DNA of 64,000 nucleotides, taken from positions 1,178,001 through 1,242,000 of the forward strand of contig AP026129.1 of assembly GCA_030295235.1 (NCBI GenBank), in the 5' to 3' direction. The notes beneath the pieces were generated by a model. That model was not told where the DNA came from and did no database searches. It saw nothing but the letters and a program-made list of their open reading frames with translations. The translations under genes and the position numbers were made by a program. Positions 36,289 to 48,580 of the stretch are shown one piece after another (the first letter of the stretch is position 1; the number at the start of each line of letters is the position of its first letter). This stretch comes from Fistulifera solaris (lineage: Eukaryota).

Positions 36289-36776
36289 GGTGTAAAAAAT
36301 GGTTGAGTCGACTAGTGGTTTGAGGAAATAAGGCGGGATGCTAAATTGAGTATCGTTCTCGAGGAGATCTGTATTTTTCCTTTCAGCATTCTGGAATTCG
36401 GTCGCACAACGCTGAAATACATCGATTGGAGTTCGCATCGCTTCAATGAGGCCTCGATCGAAATCTTTATAAAAGAGATGAAGAACAAAAAGACAAGACA
36501 TACTGGATGTCATTATTGTCTTATATGGGCACCTTATAAAATGAATCTTACGTTGTAGTATAATATAGAGTATGGGTTGACCATCCGGTGTCGTCAAGCT
36601 GGGGCCTATAGCTTGGCGAGAACCTTAAAACTTAGCTCGTTTCGTGACTCGCCCTAAAACAAGTCCGTCTTCCACAAAAGAATAATTACAAGCGATGAAA
36701 AACGCATACGTTCCGCAAAGATTCATTCATTCAATTCATTTTAGAATATAAATTTCTAACCACACAAGCAATTCCG

Positions 36777-37883
36777 ATGCCACGAAAACGAAAAGAGACA
36801 AGCTACAAGGAGTCCGACGGAAGCGACTATCAAACGGAAAGTGATGCGACTGCCGACGATGACAAGGACGACGAGGATGATTTGACGGTTGAGTCGGACC
36901 AAAAAGCACCAGCCAGAAAAAAGAGCAAATCTTCGAGCCCCAAAAAGACCCCCAGTGCAAAGAAACCTTCCAGTGTGAAGAGCAATACTCCTATTTATGA
37001 CATTGACGACGATGACGAAGATCTCCTTCCCACTGAATTTCGAAAAACGGTAGCCGGCGGTTATGCGCACACCAACAAATCCAAATTAAAAATCTCTCAG
37101 GCCAACAAAGGCAATGTCCCCTGGAACAAGGGAAAGGAACGGAGTGCCTTGCAACGCGCTAAAATTGCCGCGGGTGTGAGAGCACGGAATCGAGAAGCTC
37201 TCTTGAAAAAGTTGGCAATCCTGGGATTGACCGAAGAAGAATACGAAGCGAAGCAAAAAAAGGTCAGCAATTTGCGGGATCGATTGTGGAAACTGAAAAA
37301 ACAAAATAAGGAAAAGGCAGAGAGATTCACCGAACATTTGCGAAAGTTAGAAAATGGTGAAGCGGCTCAGAAAGAAGAAGATCAGCTTGAGCAGGAGTTG
37401 CAGCAACAGGCAACCCTTCAAGAGAAACAGCATCAAAAGCAACAGCAAGAAGTAGAAGTTGAGGAAGAAGAAGTCGAAGAATCTAGTGACGACGAGAATG
37501 CGGACGATGAAGATAGTGTGAATGAGGAGGAAGACAGAGACAATCGACTGCATCCTGTGTTGGCTGTGTTCACACCAGACATTCAATGGACGCCGCACAC
37601 GTTTGATCCGCCTCCCAAGCACCTCAAACAACGACTTGTTCGATACAACGAAATATGCCCAAATAATGGCCCAGGAGGATTGATTTGCTGTTCTGTATGT
37701 GCTGCCACATATTCGGGATACCTGTCTTCTACACTTAAGAGCATGACAGTGCAACGCACGAGTAAGCTAGCAGCGGAAACAGAGGAATTGCTGGATATGC
37801 TAACTGCTGCCAAGAGTCGACTTGTCGAATCGGTGAAGGTTGCTCGAAAGAAACCTCCACCCGTCCCTTCTGTGACGATTTGA
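36777..37883 (+). CDS. Nuclear protein with a NUMOD3-like DNA-binding motif, coiled coil and Cys cluster
   Basis: GYAHTNKSKLKISQANKGNVPWNKGKERS, basic NLS, acidic tract, CPNNGPGGLICCSVC. Confidence 0.7.
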   Translation: MPRKRKETSYKESDGSDYQTESDATADDDKDDEDDLTVESDQKAPARKKSKSSSPKKTPSAKKPSSVKSNTPIYDIDDDDEDLLPTEFRKTVAGGYAHTNKSKLKISQANKGNVPWNKGKERSALQRAKIAAGVRARNREALLKKLAILGLTEEEYEAKQKKVSNLRDRLWKLKKQNKEKAERFTEHLRKLENGEAAQKEEDQLEQELQQQATLQEKQHQKQQQEVEVEEEEVEESSDDENADDEDSVNEEEDRDNRLHPVLAVFTPDIQWTPHTFDPPPKHLKQRLVRYNEICPNNGPGGLICCSVCAATYSGYLSSTLKSMTVQRTSKLAAETEELLDMLTAAKSRLVESVKVARKKPPPVPSVTI

Positions 37884-37932
37884 ACAATTGTATATTTATG
37901 AATGACTCACTCACTACTGATATCCTTTTAAA

Positions 37933-38458
37933 TTAAATAAGTGTACCGAAAATAGCCCCACTTGCTAAACCAAAAGCTCCAATTCGTTCTTTTTCAAAAA
38001 ACCTCTGCACGGAATCTGGATTGAGATGGCGATGAACGTGTCCTCGGAATGTGGTAGCATGGTGCAAAACGTGTGTCTTTACATTTTCAATCATATCGCC
38101 TTGCTGCTTGGAAAGGGGAGGAAGATCCTTGAGTACACCTGTATGATGCAAAATCTCCGTTCTGAATGATTCTATCGGTGAGCGTCACAAACGAAACGGA
38201 AAGACAAAAGTCACTCGACAATTATACGTACGTGATAAAAGCAGCAGCACCCAGTTTTAGAACCCCCATTGCCGTATTGAGAGCAATCCGAGTCCCCACA
38301 AAGCCAATAGCAGCCGTCGTTGCGAATTGAGCCTTGGGAGAGAGTTCGTTGTATTTCTCTTCCAGAAACTGGAGCGGTCCTACGTTATTATCGGCCACCG
38401 TCTGATGGAATGCGAAAGCGGAAAATAGAGCGATAAGAATTTTTTTGATCATGCTCAA
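37933..38458 (-). CDS. Small membrane protein with signal peptide (FUN14-like pattern)
   Basis: Two exons (intron about 38161-38229). AAIGFVGTRIALNTAMGVLKLGAAAFI, and C-terminal GAFGLASGAIFG. Confidence 0.55.
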
Positions 38459-38771
38459 ACAGACGTGGTATTACGATGATAAGGGGAATAAGGTGGCGTT
38501 TACTTCAATTTCTATCGTGAAGAAAGATTTTTATGTTGCGTCGCGTGGCGTGTTGACTGTTGACACCGCAAAAAGGAGGAAATTTATTGGCGCGAACGGT
38601 ACGGTAGGACTCGTATTCGTGTCTTATTTGATTAAAAGTCGAATTTCACTATGGTCCTGAGTGTAGCTTAAATTCTCAGTGACTGGATTTTCAGTCAAGA
38701 CTTCAATAAAATATATGGAGGCATGAAGAGTATTCTTTACATCGCATTGCCTAAAGAACATTTGAACATAC

Positions 38772-40615
38772 TTACAAAATTAGCGACGAAGCGTTGCCAG
38801 ATGTACTATGATAGGGAGCCTCGATTTCTTGCACAGGTCCGTCACCAGGTGAAGCCTCGCTATCGCGGCTACTCCGTCTTCCCTTGCAACGAAAATAGTA
38901 AAACGAACTCAATCCAAGAATAAGCAAGAGCAACCCGATGGATTCCGCATCAATTTGTGCTACCAGATACCAATTGATGAAAATACCTAGACAAGGAAGA
39001 AACGGTACACCCGGGGTTCGAAAGAAATTTTGTTCTCGAAGCAGCTGTTCTTCGTGATAGCGATGACGACTTCCACCGAACACAGCAGTACGCGGACAAT
39101 GATTTGTAATAGCATAAACAAGACCGCCAAGAATGCAGAGCAAAGCGGTCGATAGCGCACGTCCCCATGTAGTCTCCATGTATGATACAAGTACCGAGCT
39201 CATAAGGAAAGCGACAACGTTAAAGGCCAGGACCAGACAACGTGCAAAATTGGATTCGGGATCGGGCGCTTCATGCCATAACAAGATGAGCGAAGAGTCA
39301 GTCAAACTCAATGCTATCAGAACGGCACATGAAATGATATCATTCAAGTGGGAGAACTGTACACCGGTGGCTATCAAAATGGTGATCGAACCAGAAATGA
39401 CAGTACCCTTCCAAATATTCCCGTTTTCGTTTAGTTCTCCAAAAATGTGCGGAAGTAGCCCATCTTCTGCCATGGCATGTTGTAGTCTGGGTTGCACAAG
39501 GACTTGTACTAGAATTACTAGCGGCAATGTCAAAATTTCGCCCAAAGCGGTAAGTTCGCCAGCCCAATCGGCATGATTGGCATAAAATGCAGTAGGGAAC
39601 CCCGACACGGAAGATATTTCCCTCCAGTCTTGCATTCCCGTCAAAACTAAAGTCGCAATCATGTATATAAAGGTAACAAAGACAAGCGTAATCAGTATGG
39701 CCAGGGGCATGTCACGCTGCGGTCTCATGGCTTCGCCTGCCAGGCCACAAACCTGGTCATACCCAAGATAGCTATGTGGCGTTGCACATCCGTGAGATTG
39801 ATGAAAAGAGCATCATGGTGTTGGGTTTCAAACTCACCCAAAAAAGGTTGACGTGGCCCCACGCAGCATTCCACTAGCACCAAATGGGAACATGGGTCTC
39901 CAGTTGGATGGTCGCACATGAAATGAGCCAACGACAATCATGACCATTACCAAACTGACCTTGATGGATGTAATCACGTTAGTGGCGCGCTTACTTTCTT
40001 TCACTCCTCTCAAAACGAGTGCAACAGAAGCAGTCGAAATGCAAAAAGCTAGCGGGCTGAGGTTTCCACCAATATTGAATAATGTTTTGAGAGACAGTTC
40101 CCATCTCTCTGGAAACGCTTCGAGAAGCCACCACGCTAGTTTATCACCCCAACTTCGGGATACTGCAGCCCCTGCCGCAATGTACTCGAGACTCAAGCAA
40201 ATGGCCGCCAAGAATGCTGGCCACTCGCCCATAGCCACGAACGTGTAAGCATACGCACTCCCGGAAAGAGGAATGCGTGCGGAAAGCTCCGCATAGCAGC
40301 ACCCAGAAATCAAAGCGGCAACTCCGGCGACGGCCCAACTCCACACGGCGGAGGGACCTGCGTATTCATGCGCCACGAGGCCCGCCAAAACAAACAACCC
40401 CGACCCAATCGTCCCTCCTATACCGATCGCCACCAAGTCCAGCAAGGACAAATGCCTCTCGAGACCACTCTGAACTATATTATCATCGATACTTTCTCCT
40501 GGAAAAGAAAGGGTATCGATTTGCGCGAAAAAGTACTATGTGATCTACGACGTTTGCGAAAATCGGGTCGAAGAGCGTCGCGCTCCTGCGACACATCCTC
40601 AATGTGATCAGCCAT
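38772..40615 (-). CDS. Cationic amino acid transporter (APC superfamily)
   Basis: LSLLDLVAIGIGGTIGSGLFVLAG, CYAELSARIP.SGSAY.Y, QPRL..AMA.DGLLP and FRTPGVPFLP. Intron about 39770-39837. Confidence 0.9.
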
Positions 40616-41212
40616 AAGGCCCAAACCTGTAAACTTTTATGTAAAGCTTCTTCGGTTCAGGTCACGAACGAATGTGTTGGCGTCAGGAGCCACCGAAACC
40701 AATGTGTTTTCTCTTGTATTATTTCAACTTGTAATCGATGACCAATAGATCGAGAACAATTACTTTATATTTCTTGACGCTCACCTCTCTTTTCGAAGCG
40801 GTACGCGCGCGGTTTTTGCTCTCTCGAGAGCGCATCGCATGGCAAATGCCAAGGCGCATCACTACAACTCTAACCTTATCAGGTCGGTCCAAGTCCCAAG
40901 CCAAAGCGAGACGCCTTTTGCCCTTGCCTTTGCCTGCCCTTGCAATTTACGGTTCTATAAAAATAGGCACTGCGAATATTTTAGTAGATCCAAATAGAGG
41001 AATGCAATTATTTGATAAGCCTCATAAAAGTTGAATATGCCGTTTCCAAAAGCCAGAGGATATTTTTACTTGATCATTAACAATATCTCTGGGATAACTT
41101 GGTTGTTTATTTTGACGAGCCTTGTATGTACGCTTGTGCTGTATGAACATCATTTCCAAAATTTTTAGAGACGATGGTTAGCGAAGCCGACAGTCCCAAA
41201 TGCCCTGTGCTT

Positions 41213-42298
41213 TTAGCCTGCCGTGTCATCGCATGCTTCGTTGTTGTCGATAGAACCATCGCTTTCGGTGCCACGATCGCTGTCTTCTGACTCACAATAG
41301 CTCATCACGGGTAAAGAATACAATGCTCTTCGTCGTAATGTGAGCGTGATGGAGTCTCTAATGGGAACACTGTATTTCTCGATCATTTCAGGATGTCGTC
41401 TCAAATAGTTCTCAGCAAGCAGAATGGTTTCTTTTTTAAATTTCTCGAGCTCTGCGTTGGAGATCCATTGTCGCTGAAAGTCGTTTTTAAATTCAATTAC
41501 GGTGATTCGGGGATCGAAAAGAACACGATTGGTCCCACACGGCGACGGAGGGTCGGATACGTTGTTACGACTGCATACACAATTGTTTTCTTTCCGGGAA
41601 ACTGGTTGATTTGGATGAAGAGTTGATTGACTTGTTTGCGATTCGGTTAATTTCGCGAATTTTTCATCGACAGATGTAACGGATTGTTTGCGATAGGTGC
41701 TTTGTCGCAGTATCGACGGTAGCCTTTGCATCGGATAAGCTCCCATGAGACATGCAGCGCTTCCGTCTTCCCGATATAAACGTTTTAAAGGAGTGGGAAT
41801 TGGTGGAAGGAACTCGTAGCTCGGTGGTAGCTTGACGATAGGTTTGTAACGCTCTCCCGAATCATGTAAAAACTTCGGGGAGGGAGTGAACCGGCCAAAG
41901 TCAATTACTTTTCTAAGGCATTGTGTCGGTGAAGATAGAGGTTGGCTTGGAATGGGATTATTTTTAGTCATGCAACTGAAAATCCTTCTTCGGTGGCATG
42001 GCGTTTGCTGGTCTTTTCGATTTTCCGTCGGTAGCAGTAGAGATAACGATGAGTCTATCACGGGTAGAAGAGGGAAACGTGATGAAGTGATTGCCGCGTT
42101 ATTTTTGAGATGATCGGATGGTGGGAGTGATGTTCCACGACGACTTGTTTTGCGTGGTGAACGTGGAAAATGGAGTGGCATGGTCCGTCTGTTCTTGCTA
42201 TGGTAATCAGAACCATGAACTACAGCAGCATCCATTTCGGATGAATTTTCTTGCAAAGGACTCATGACGATGAACATTTTTAGTGAGAAGCTCAACAA
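41213..42298 (-). CDS. Uncharacterised low-complexity protein with SILR and RVLF motifs
   Basis: 361-aa ORF, Pro/Ser-rich N-terminus, conserved-looking RVLFDPRITVIEF..W...EL..FK.ET block. Confidence 0.6.
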   Translation of the reverse strand: MLSFSLKMFIVMSPLQENSSEMDAAVVHGSDYHSKNRRTMPLHFPRSPRKTSRRGTSLPPSDHLKNNAAITSSRFPLLPVIDSSLSLLLPTENRKDQQTPCHRRRIFSCMTKNNPIPSQPLSSPTQCLRKVIDFGRFTPSPKFLHDSGERYKPIVKLPPSYEFLPPIPTPLKRLYREDGSAACLMGAYPMQRLPSILRQSTYRKQSVTSVDEKFAKLTESQTSQSTLHPNQPVSRKENNCVCSRNNVSDPPSPCGTNRVLFDPRITVIEFKNDFQRQWISNAELEKFKKETILLAENYLRRHPEMIEKYSVPIRDSITLTLRRRALYSLPVMSYCESEDSDRGTESDGSIDNNEACDDTAG

Positions 42299-42756
42299 TA
42301 TTCCAGCTGACTTGTCATGTGGCGAAATGATGAAAGTGCGACTATTTAAGCTGACACGTGGGGTCGCTTCGTTTTTTCCTCGGAGGAATCTTGCTCTCGC
42401 AATGGTTTGAATCTAAAACCTGTCTTCTGGTTCGCATTGTGTCAGGTCGACGCCAATGTAACGCGCGGGTAATAAATGTTGTTAGAACGCACTCGCTGGA
42501 AAGGATGACGGCTTCGGAGGAGTTCTGCATTATTTGTTGCAGTCTGCGAGAAGTACTATATAGCTTAGAGTACAAGGAGCACGTGTTCGCTTCGCGAGTT
42601 CGCATTAGCCGCTCATCCTTTGTTCTTCTTCGCTTTGGTTCTCGCGTTCCTCCAATCCAAATGTGAACTTAGTGTTTTGACAAATTTGTCCATGCGAGTC
42701 CAAAGCAACCCTATTGGCCAATAAAAATCACGTTCTGGAATTGTTATGGCTTCCGT

Positions 42757-44568
42757 TTACAACTCCTCGTCCCCCGCCCAATTTGCAAACGGCGATGATC
42801 TCTTCTTCGTTTGGTTTTCACGATTGGACTCGTCGTTTTCGTGTTCCGCAATCGCATTGTTGATGATTTGAATATAGGACTCGTATCTCGATCGAGCCGC
42901 CGCAACGCTTCCTCCCGAGTCTTGTGACGACGAATCCTCCAAGACGGCGGGCCAATACTTTTGCCACAATTGCATAGCACCAGTCATGGTGAATGGACAT
43001 TGCAATGCGTTCACTAAATGCTGCTCAAATTTCAAGTAATGATGCTGTTGTAATGTAACATGCGCGTACTGGTAGTGTACATCACAAAACGTGGGATCGT
43101 GCTTGTGGGCTTCCGAAATGTGCAACAAACTTTTCGTGAGATTCCACTGTTCAGGGTACAAACCTGAGTAGATCTTACTAATTTCCAAGTGCGCTTTGGC
43201 GAAACGTGGACAGGTTTTCAAACTTGATTCGAGCAGGGATAAGGAATCCATCCATTCTAGACTGCGATTGTAAACACGTCGGTACATGACGAGAAAGACG
43301 ACCCCTATCAAAAATCGCCTTTCGGTTCGACTCAAGTATGCGGATGATTTAGAAGAGCCCGATCGTTGCATCCACATCCAAGCTAGCCATCCGTAACAGA
43401 GACATGTGGAAACACTCGCCGCCACGACGATCCGGTCGGATACAAATGTTCCCACTTTGACAATGCCCGAGATGGGGAACAGTGTGGTCATCCACGCGAC
43501 GTGCACCACATACCACCAAAAGAAGGTCGAAAACGGTCGGAACAAAGCCACCAGACCCACACCAACGTAAATTACCATCACAACCAGAGGTATCCAAAGA
43601 CGTGTATCGTCCCATTCCACAATGGGTCGTATACATTCGTGTCCGTATTCGTGAGAAAACCCAACCCAATCGAAATCCCACGCTTTGCCCACATGCAGCG
43701 CCACCACATAGGCATAACTCCGCACACGATCCCATCCTTTTAAAATAAAAAATGGGTTCTCGGCGGGTCGGATCAGTCCATCGGGTATGGACAATGTATC
43801 GAAATAATAGCGCGCGCCGTAATAGATTAAACCACTCGATATTAAAAATCCCCCGCGTCGTAGTACTTGGGGCAATAGCTGGATGAATTGCTCTCGTAAA
43901 TTTCTCTCGGAAGCTGTTTCTCGTTGTCGCATCCGGATGTGCGTGATGGCTATCAGTGTGACGGCCGACGGCACGACTTGAAACAAAAACGTTTCCGAGG
44001 ACAAATATCCTACAAGCACGACTAACACGAACAGCAGCCAGGGCAATTGGGGATCGGAAGCCGCGACACTGCACAAGACGGCCAACAAATGACCCCGATT
44101 CGCGGCATTCGCCGTGACTTCGACGTGCGTCGGATGCAAGGCAAAGAGGAGTTTGACCATGATGCGAAAGGACGGTGGCCTCACGAACCGCGCTGCAAGT
44201 ACGGATACCGCCTCCGCCGTCGCGGCATGAATCAAAATGTTAATGAAGCGATGTGCCTCCAAATCAGGAATCCACGCGGGTCCTTTGCCGTATCGAAATG
44301 ACAAGACCGTGAGAGGTCTCCAACTTTTGTGACTACTGGACGAATGCATGGGACGTCCCCAATAATCATTCGAAAAGATTTCCGTCCAAGTGGAGTCGCC
44401 ATTCACATCTTGGTTGTCGGGAGACAAAATATGCAATTCGTCTAGAACGGGATCGCGATGTAGATTGTGTCGCGATGTCACAAAGACGGGGAAGATGTAC
44501 ATCGCCCAGCAAAGTAGGTGCAGGAAAAGCCACGTGATTCCGTGTTTCCATCGTTCGTTGTGTTGCAT
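42757..44568 (-). CDS. TMTC-type protein O-mannosyltransferase (DUF1736 + TPR), ER-retained
   Basis: LDE, NDYWGRPMHSSSSHKSWRPLT, LFALHPTHVE, RPAENP, VGTFVSDRI, TPR-like tail and C-terminal DEEL. Confidence 0.88.
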   Translation of the reverse strand: MQHNERWKHGITWLFLHLLCWAMYIFPVFVTSRHNLHRDPVLDELHILSPDNQDVNGDSTWTEIFSNDYWGRPMHSSSSHKSWRPLTVLSFRYGKGPAWIPDLEAHRFINILIHAATAEAVSVLAARFVRPPSFRIMVKLLFALHPTHVEVTANAANRGHLLAVLCSVAASDPQLPWLLFVLVVLVGYLSSETFLFQVVPSAVTLIAITHIRMRQRETASERNLREQFIQLLPQVLRRGGFLISSGLIYYGARYYFDTLSIPDGLIRPAENPFFILKGWDRVRSYAYVVALHVGKAWDFDWVGFSHEYGHECIRPIVEWDDTRLWIPLVVMVIYVGVGLVALFRPFSTFFWWYVVHVAWMTTLFPISGIVKVGTFVSDRIVVAASVSTCLCYGWLAWMWMQRSGSSKSSAYLSRTERRFLIGVVFLVMYRRVYNRSLEWMDSLSLLESSLKTCPRFAKAHLEISKIYSGLYPEQWNLTKSLLHISEAHKHDPTFCDVHYQYAHVTLQQHHYLKFEQHLVNALQCPFTMTGAMQLWQKYWPAVLEDSSSQDSGGSVAAARSRYESYIQIINNAIAEHENDESNRENQTKKRSSPFANWAGDEEL

Positions 44569-45216
44569 TCCTTTTCTATCAAAATCTTTGTTTTTATTGT
44601 GTTTGCTTTACGGTTTGATATCTGTTGATTACACAAACTACGTAGTTCTAGAGAATGATTGCAGTTGAAATGACAAGAAGCTCATCGTTGCAACGCAAAC
44701 GCATCTTCGCGAACCAAGCTTTACTATAGGCTAAAATCTTGACGAAAGGACGAATCAACCGCGATTGAGCACATTTTTGCAGTCCCGGAAGATGTGGACA
44801 GGATATAATATTTCATTGACGACACTGTTTTTGACTCATGCACGTCCATTTTTACGAAAGCTCGTTAAAGTGGTGAAATTGCTGGTAATTATATTTTTCG
44901 TTATCATCATTTAGCTATAAAGGGATCTCATAGCATCACACCACTCTTCACTGCATTGTCGATTGTAGGCGGAACGATGCCAACGACGACGACTCCTCAC
45001 TCCTCAAACAACATCAGTCACGATGCGTTGCGCCTTCTCCAGTACCGCGCCGACAGAAAGTAGATTTTGGGTTCGAGATGCATTTGCCGCCACCGAAAAA
45101 TACGGAATAACAAAAAAGAGGATTATTTTTTGTCGTTCTTGTTGTTGTCACTTATTGAGAAAGTATCGTGTCGTTTTCTCTTTGATTCATCCATATCTTC
45201 ATTCCATTTCCAGAAC

Positions 45217-48194
45217 ATGAACGACGACGAGACGAGCTGTGCCGAAGGAGAAGAAGACATTCGGGCCGCTCCGTCCCTTTACACGCGCTCGACGTATTAT
45301 CGACCCACCATGAAACGCGGCAAGATTCTGAAGCAGGTCACGGAACGTTATTTGCGCGATGATTTGGGATACGGATGTTACTACAAAGATACCAGTACAG
45401 ATAATCGCGTCGATCGTGTCCATGGGACGCCTCAGATCATTTCTTCTCTGCCAGAATTGCAACGTCTGTTGAAACCTTCTCAGCCCGTAGTCGTCGTGGA
45501 CACGAATGTTTTGCTGCACCAAATGGATGTCTTACAACAAGCCGGTAAAGCTATGCCCAATTTGGTAGTACCACAAACCGCGCTCGAGGAATGTCGGAAT
45601 CATCGCATGGTCATTTACGACCAAACTGTCGATTTACTGCGATCCATTCACAAAGAACGATGCACGATTTTCTTTCCGGATCCGTATCATACCGCCACTT
45701 CCGTGGAAGAAAAAGAAGAAGGCATTTCACCCAATGATCTCAACGATGAACGGATTCGTCGGGTGGCGGAATTTTACGGAAAATCCTTACCCGGCGTGTC
45801 AGTCATCTTTTGACGGACGATGTTGCTTCGCGAGAGAAAGCCTCGCGCTCCTATCAGGCCATGTCGGTACGACAATACGTACAAGTTCTTGAACAAACCA
45901 ATCCGGGATTGTCTTTATCAGATTTGGTGGCGGCACAGACTTCGGTATTGTCCAATGAAGAGGACGAAGCTCCTTTGTATGAGACGCATTTGGAAGCCAC
46001 GGCCTTGTCACGGGGCATTCAATCGGGGAAATTGTATCGGGGTGTCTTGCGTTCCTCCGATTGGAACACAGCCCATGTCACGATCCGTCGGGGAGACGAA
46101 CGAGTGGCCGTCACGGTTCAAGGAGATTTGGATCGAAATCGAGCGGTGGATGGGGACGTGGTGGCCATCGCGTTGCATCCGCTCACGAAATGGATTTCTT
46201 CAGCGGCTGCACCTGTAACATCATCGGTGAAGGACACACCTTCCGCAGGAATTGCGAGTGAAACCGCCGAACCCACGCTGGCGGAAATGAGCAACGTGCG
46301 CGATACAATTGCCGTCGAACAGGGCGAACTCCGTCCTACAGGAAAAATAGTGGGGATCGTGCGACGCAACTTTGAGAACCAAAGTGGTTCGATTTTCACC
46401 AAATCATCCGGTAAGGCGGATTCCGAACAAGAAAAGATTGCGACAAAGATGGAACGTGAGAATCCGGATGGCACGGCGACTTGTGTCTTTTTTCCAGTCA
46501 ATAAGAAAATTCCTCCCGTCCTGCTTCGGACCACGCAACGCGATCGGCTGTTCGGACAGCGAATTGTTGTTTCGTTGGATTCGTGGCCGGCTAATTCTCG
46601 TTATCCTTTGGGTCACTATGTCCGAACCATTGGACCAGCAGGCGATAAAGACGTGGAAACGGAAGTTTTGCTACAGCAGCACGATATTCCTCATGAACCC
46701 TTCCCCGCTGCTGTTCTAGCCTGTCTTCCTCCAGAAGATTATAAAATTAGTGCCGAGAATAGTCCTGGTCGTGTTGATTTACGCCATCTGCCGGTCTTGT
46801 CTATTGATCCACCGGGTTGTAAAGATATTGATGACGCACTTCATTGCCTTGTTCTACCCAATGGAAACTATCAAGTGGGTGTCCACATTGCGGATGTAAC
46901 ACACTACGTCAAACCAGGAACAGCTATGGATTTAGAAGCAGCCAACCGATCGACTTCTACCTACTTGGTTAACAAGCGATTGGATATGTTGCCGGCTCTC
47001 CTGACGACCGATCTTTGCTCGCTGAAATGTAATGTTGACCGGTATGCATTCTCTGTTTTGTGGGAGGTTTCACCGGATGGGAATATTATTCAGGTTGACT
47101 TTCAAAAATCGATCATTCATTCTATCGCAGCGTTAACTTATCAGCAAGCCCAGTCGTTTATCGATCAGCCCGATGATCCTACCGATATACAAGCATGCGC
47201 TGTCAAAAGGCTCGCCGTATTGGCTCGTAGAATTTCGCCAGCGTCGTATTGACGCTGGTGCTTTGACGTTAGCTTCCCCCCGAAGTCAAGTTTGTGCTGG
47301 ATAGTGAATCTCTGAACCCAACGGATGTTCAGGCTTATGCTTTACTCGAAGCCAATGCACTGGTTGAAGAGTTTATGTTGCTGGCGAATGTGACTGTCGC
47401 CAAGAAAATTTTACGGCAATATCCCACGCTCTCTGTTCTCCGTAGGCACCCTGCTCCAAACCGTTCCATGTTTGATCCCTTGATCAGCAAAGCCCAATCA
47501 ATAGGTCTCAGTATTAATATCGAAGATTCCAAGAAGCTGGCGGATTCCTTGGATGCCGCCCAAGTGAAATCGGATCCGTACATAAATAAACTGCTCCGCA
47601 TTCTCTCGACACGATGCATGTCGCCCGCCCAGTATTTTTGTTCTGGTGAATTGCGAGCCTCCGAATGGCACCACTATGGTTTGGCGGCACCGGTGTATAC
47701 GCATTTTACGTCGCCCATTCGTCGGTACGCCGATGTCTGCGTGCATCGATTGTTGGCGGCCTCCATCAACGTCGCACCACTGCCTCAGCATTTATCGTCC
47801 AAGTCCTACATGCACGATCTGTGCACGAACATGAATCGACGGCATCGCGCGGCACAGTTGGCGGAGTCGCGCCAGTGTGCAACTGCACACCTTGATTTAT
47901 TTTTCGGGAGATGGCGCCAAAGAAGAAGATGCCTACGTTCTGGATGTCGACACGGACAAGGGCAGCGATCCATCCTTTACGGTAATGGTGCCACGGTACG
48001 GTATTGAAGGCCGGGTTCGACTGGATGCTGCGGAAGTGGAGCGATTCCCGGAGGAACATCGCATTGCTTGGGCGGGTAAAACGAAATCATGTTCGGTCAA
48101 AGTATTCGACAAGGTGAGAGTGCGATTGAGTGTTCGCGAAATGCAAGGAGACCAGCGCGAACTCGCCATTGATTTTATTGAGCAAAAATTATAA
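45217..48194 (+). CDS. DIS3: Exosome catalytic subunit DIS3/RRP44
   Basis: ERYLRDDLG, PIN domain VVDTNVLL and NDLNDERIR, NRAVDGDVV, RNB SIDPPGCKDIDDALH, LVEEFMLLAN and YTHFTSPIRRYAD. Several 1-nt frameshifts. Confidence 0.95.
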
Positions 48195-48580
48195 AGATCA
48201 GATTATATAGTTGATACGAGTCTTCTGTATTCTCGAGACTTGGACTTTCGTTACGATGATTGTTGATGAGTAATAATATGACCTTAGTGAACGTTAGACC
48301 ATCGCTCACTTAGATAGTACCGCAACGACTATTATGCGGACTCTCACTGGGCGCAATTCAAATATTGACGAACGTTATTATTACTCCGGTATTGATTTTG
48401 ACACACAAGTGCCGGCGACCATGGCCACGAGGGCGGCGGTCACCCGCTGCTCGACGGATGAATAGCTGACATTACCTTTCGAATGATCGTTTTCTCAGTA
48501 GTGACAACGAAAGAGAAAAATTTGAGCTGTCTATTCTGAATTGCGCTTCTATTTTAGCAACATTCAACTCAGCAAAGAAA

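Noticed and set aside
36289..36597. N-terminal extension of the repeat-containing plastid protein
   Set aside because: The ATG at 36288 begins the signal peptide; upstream residues look like translated UTR or promoter
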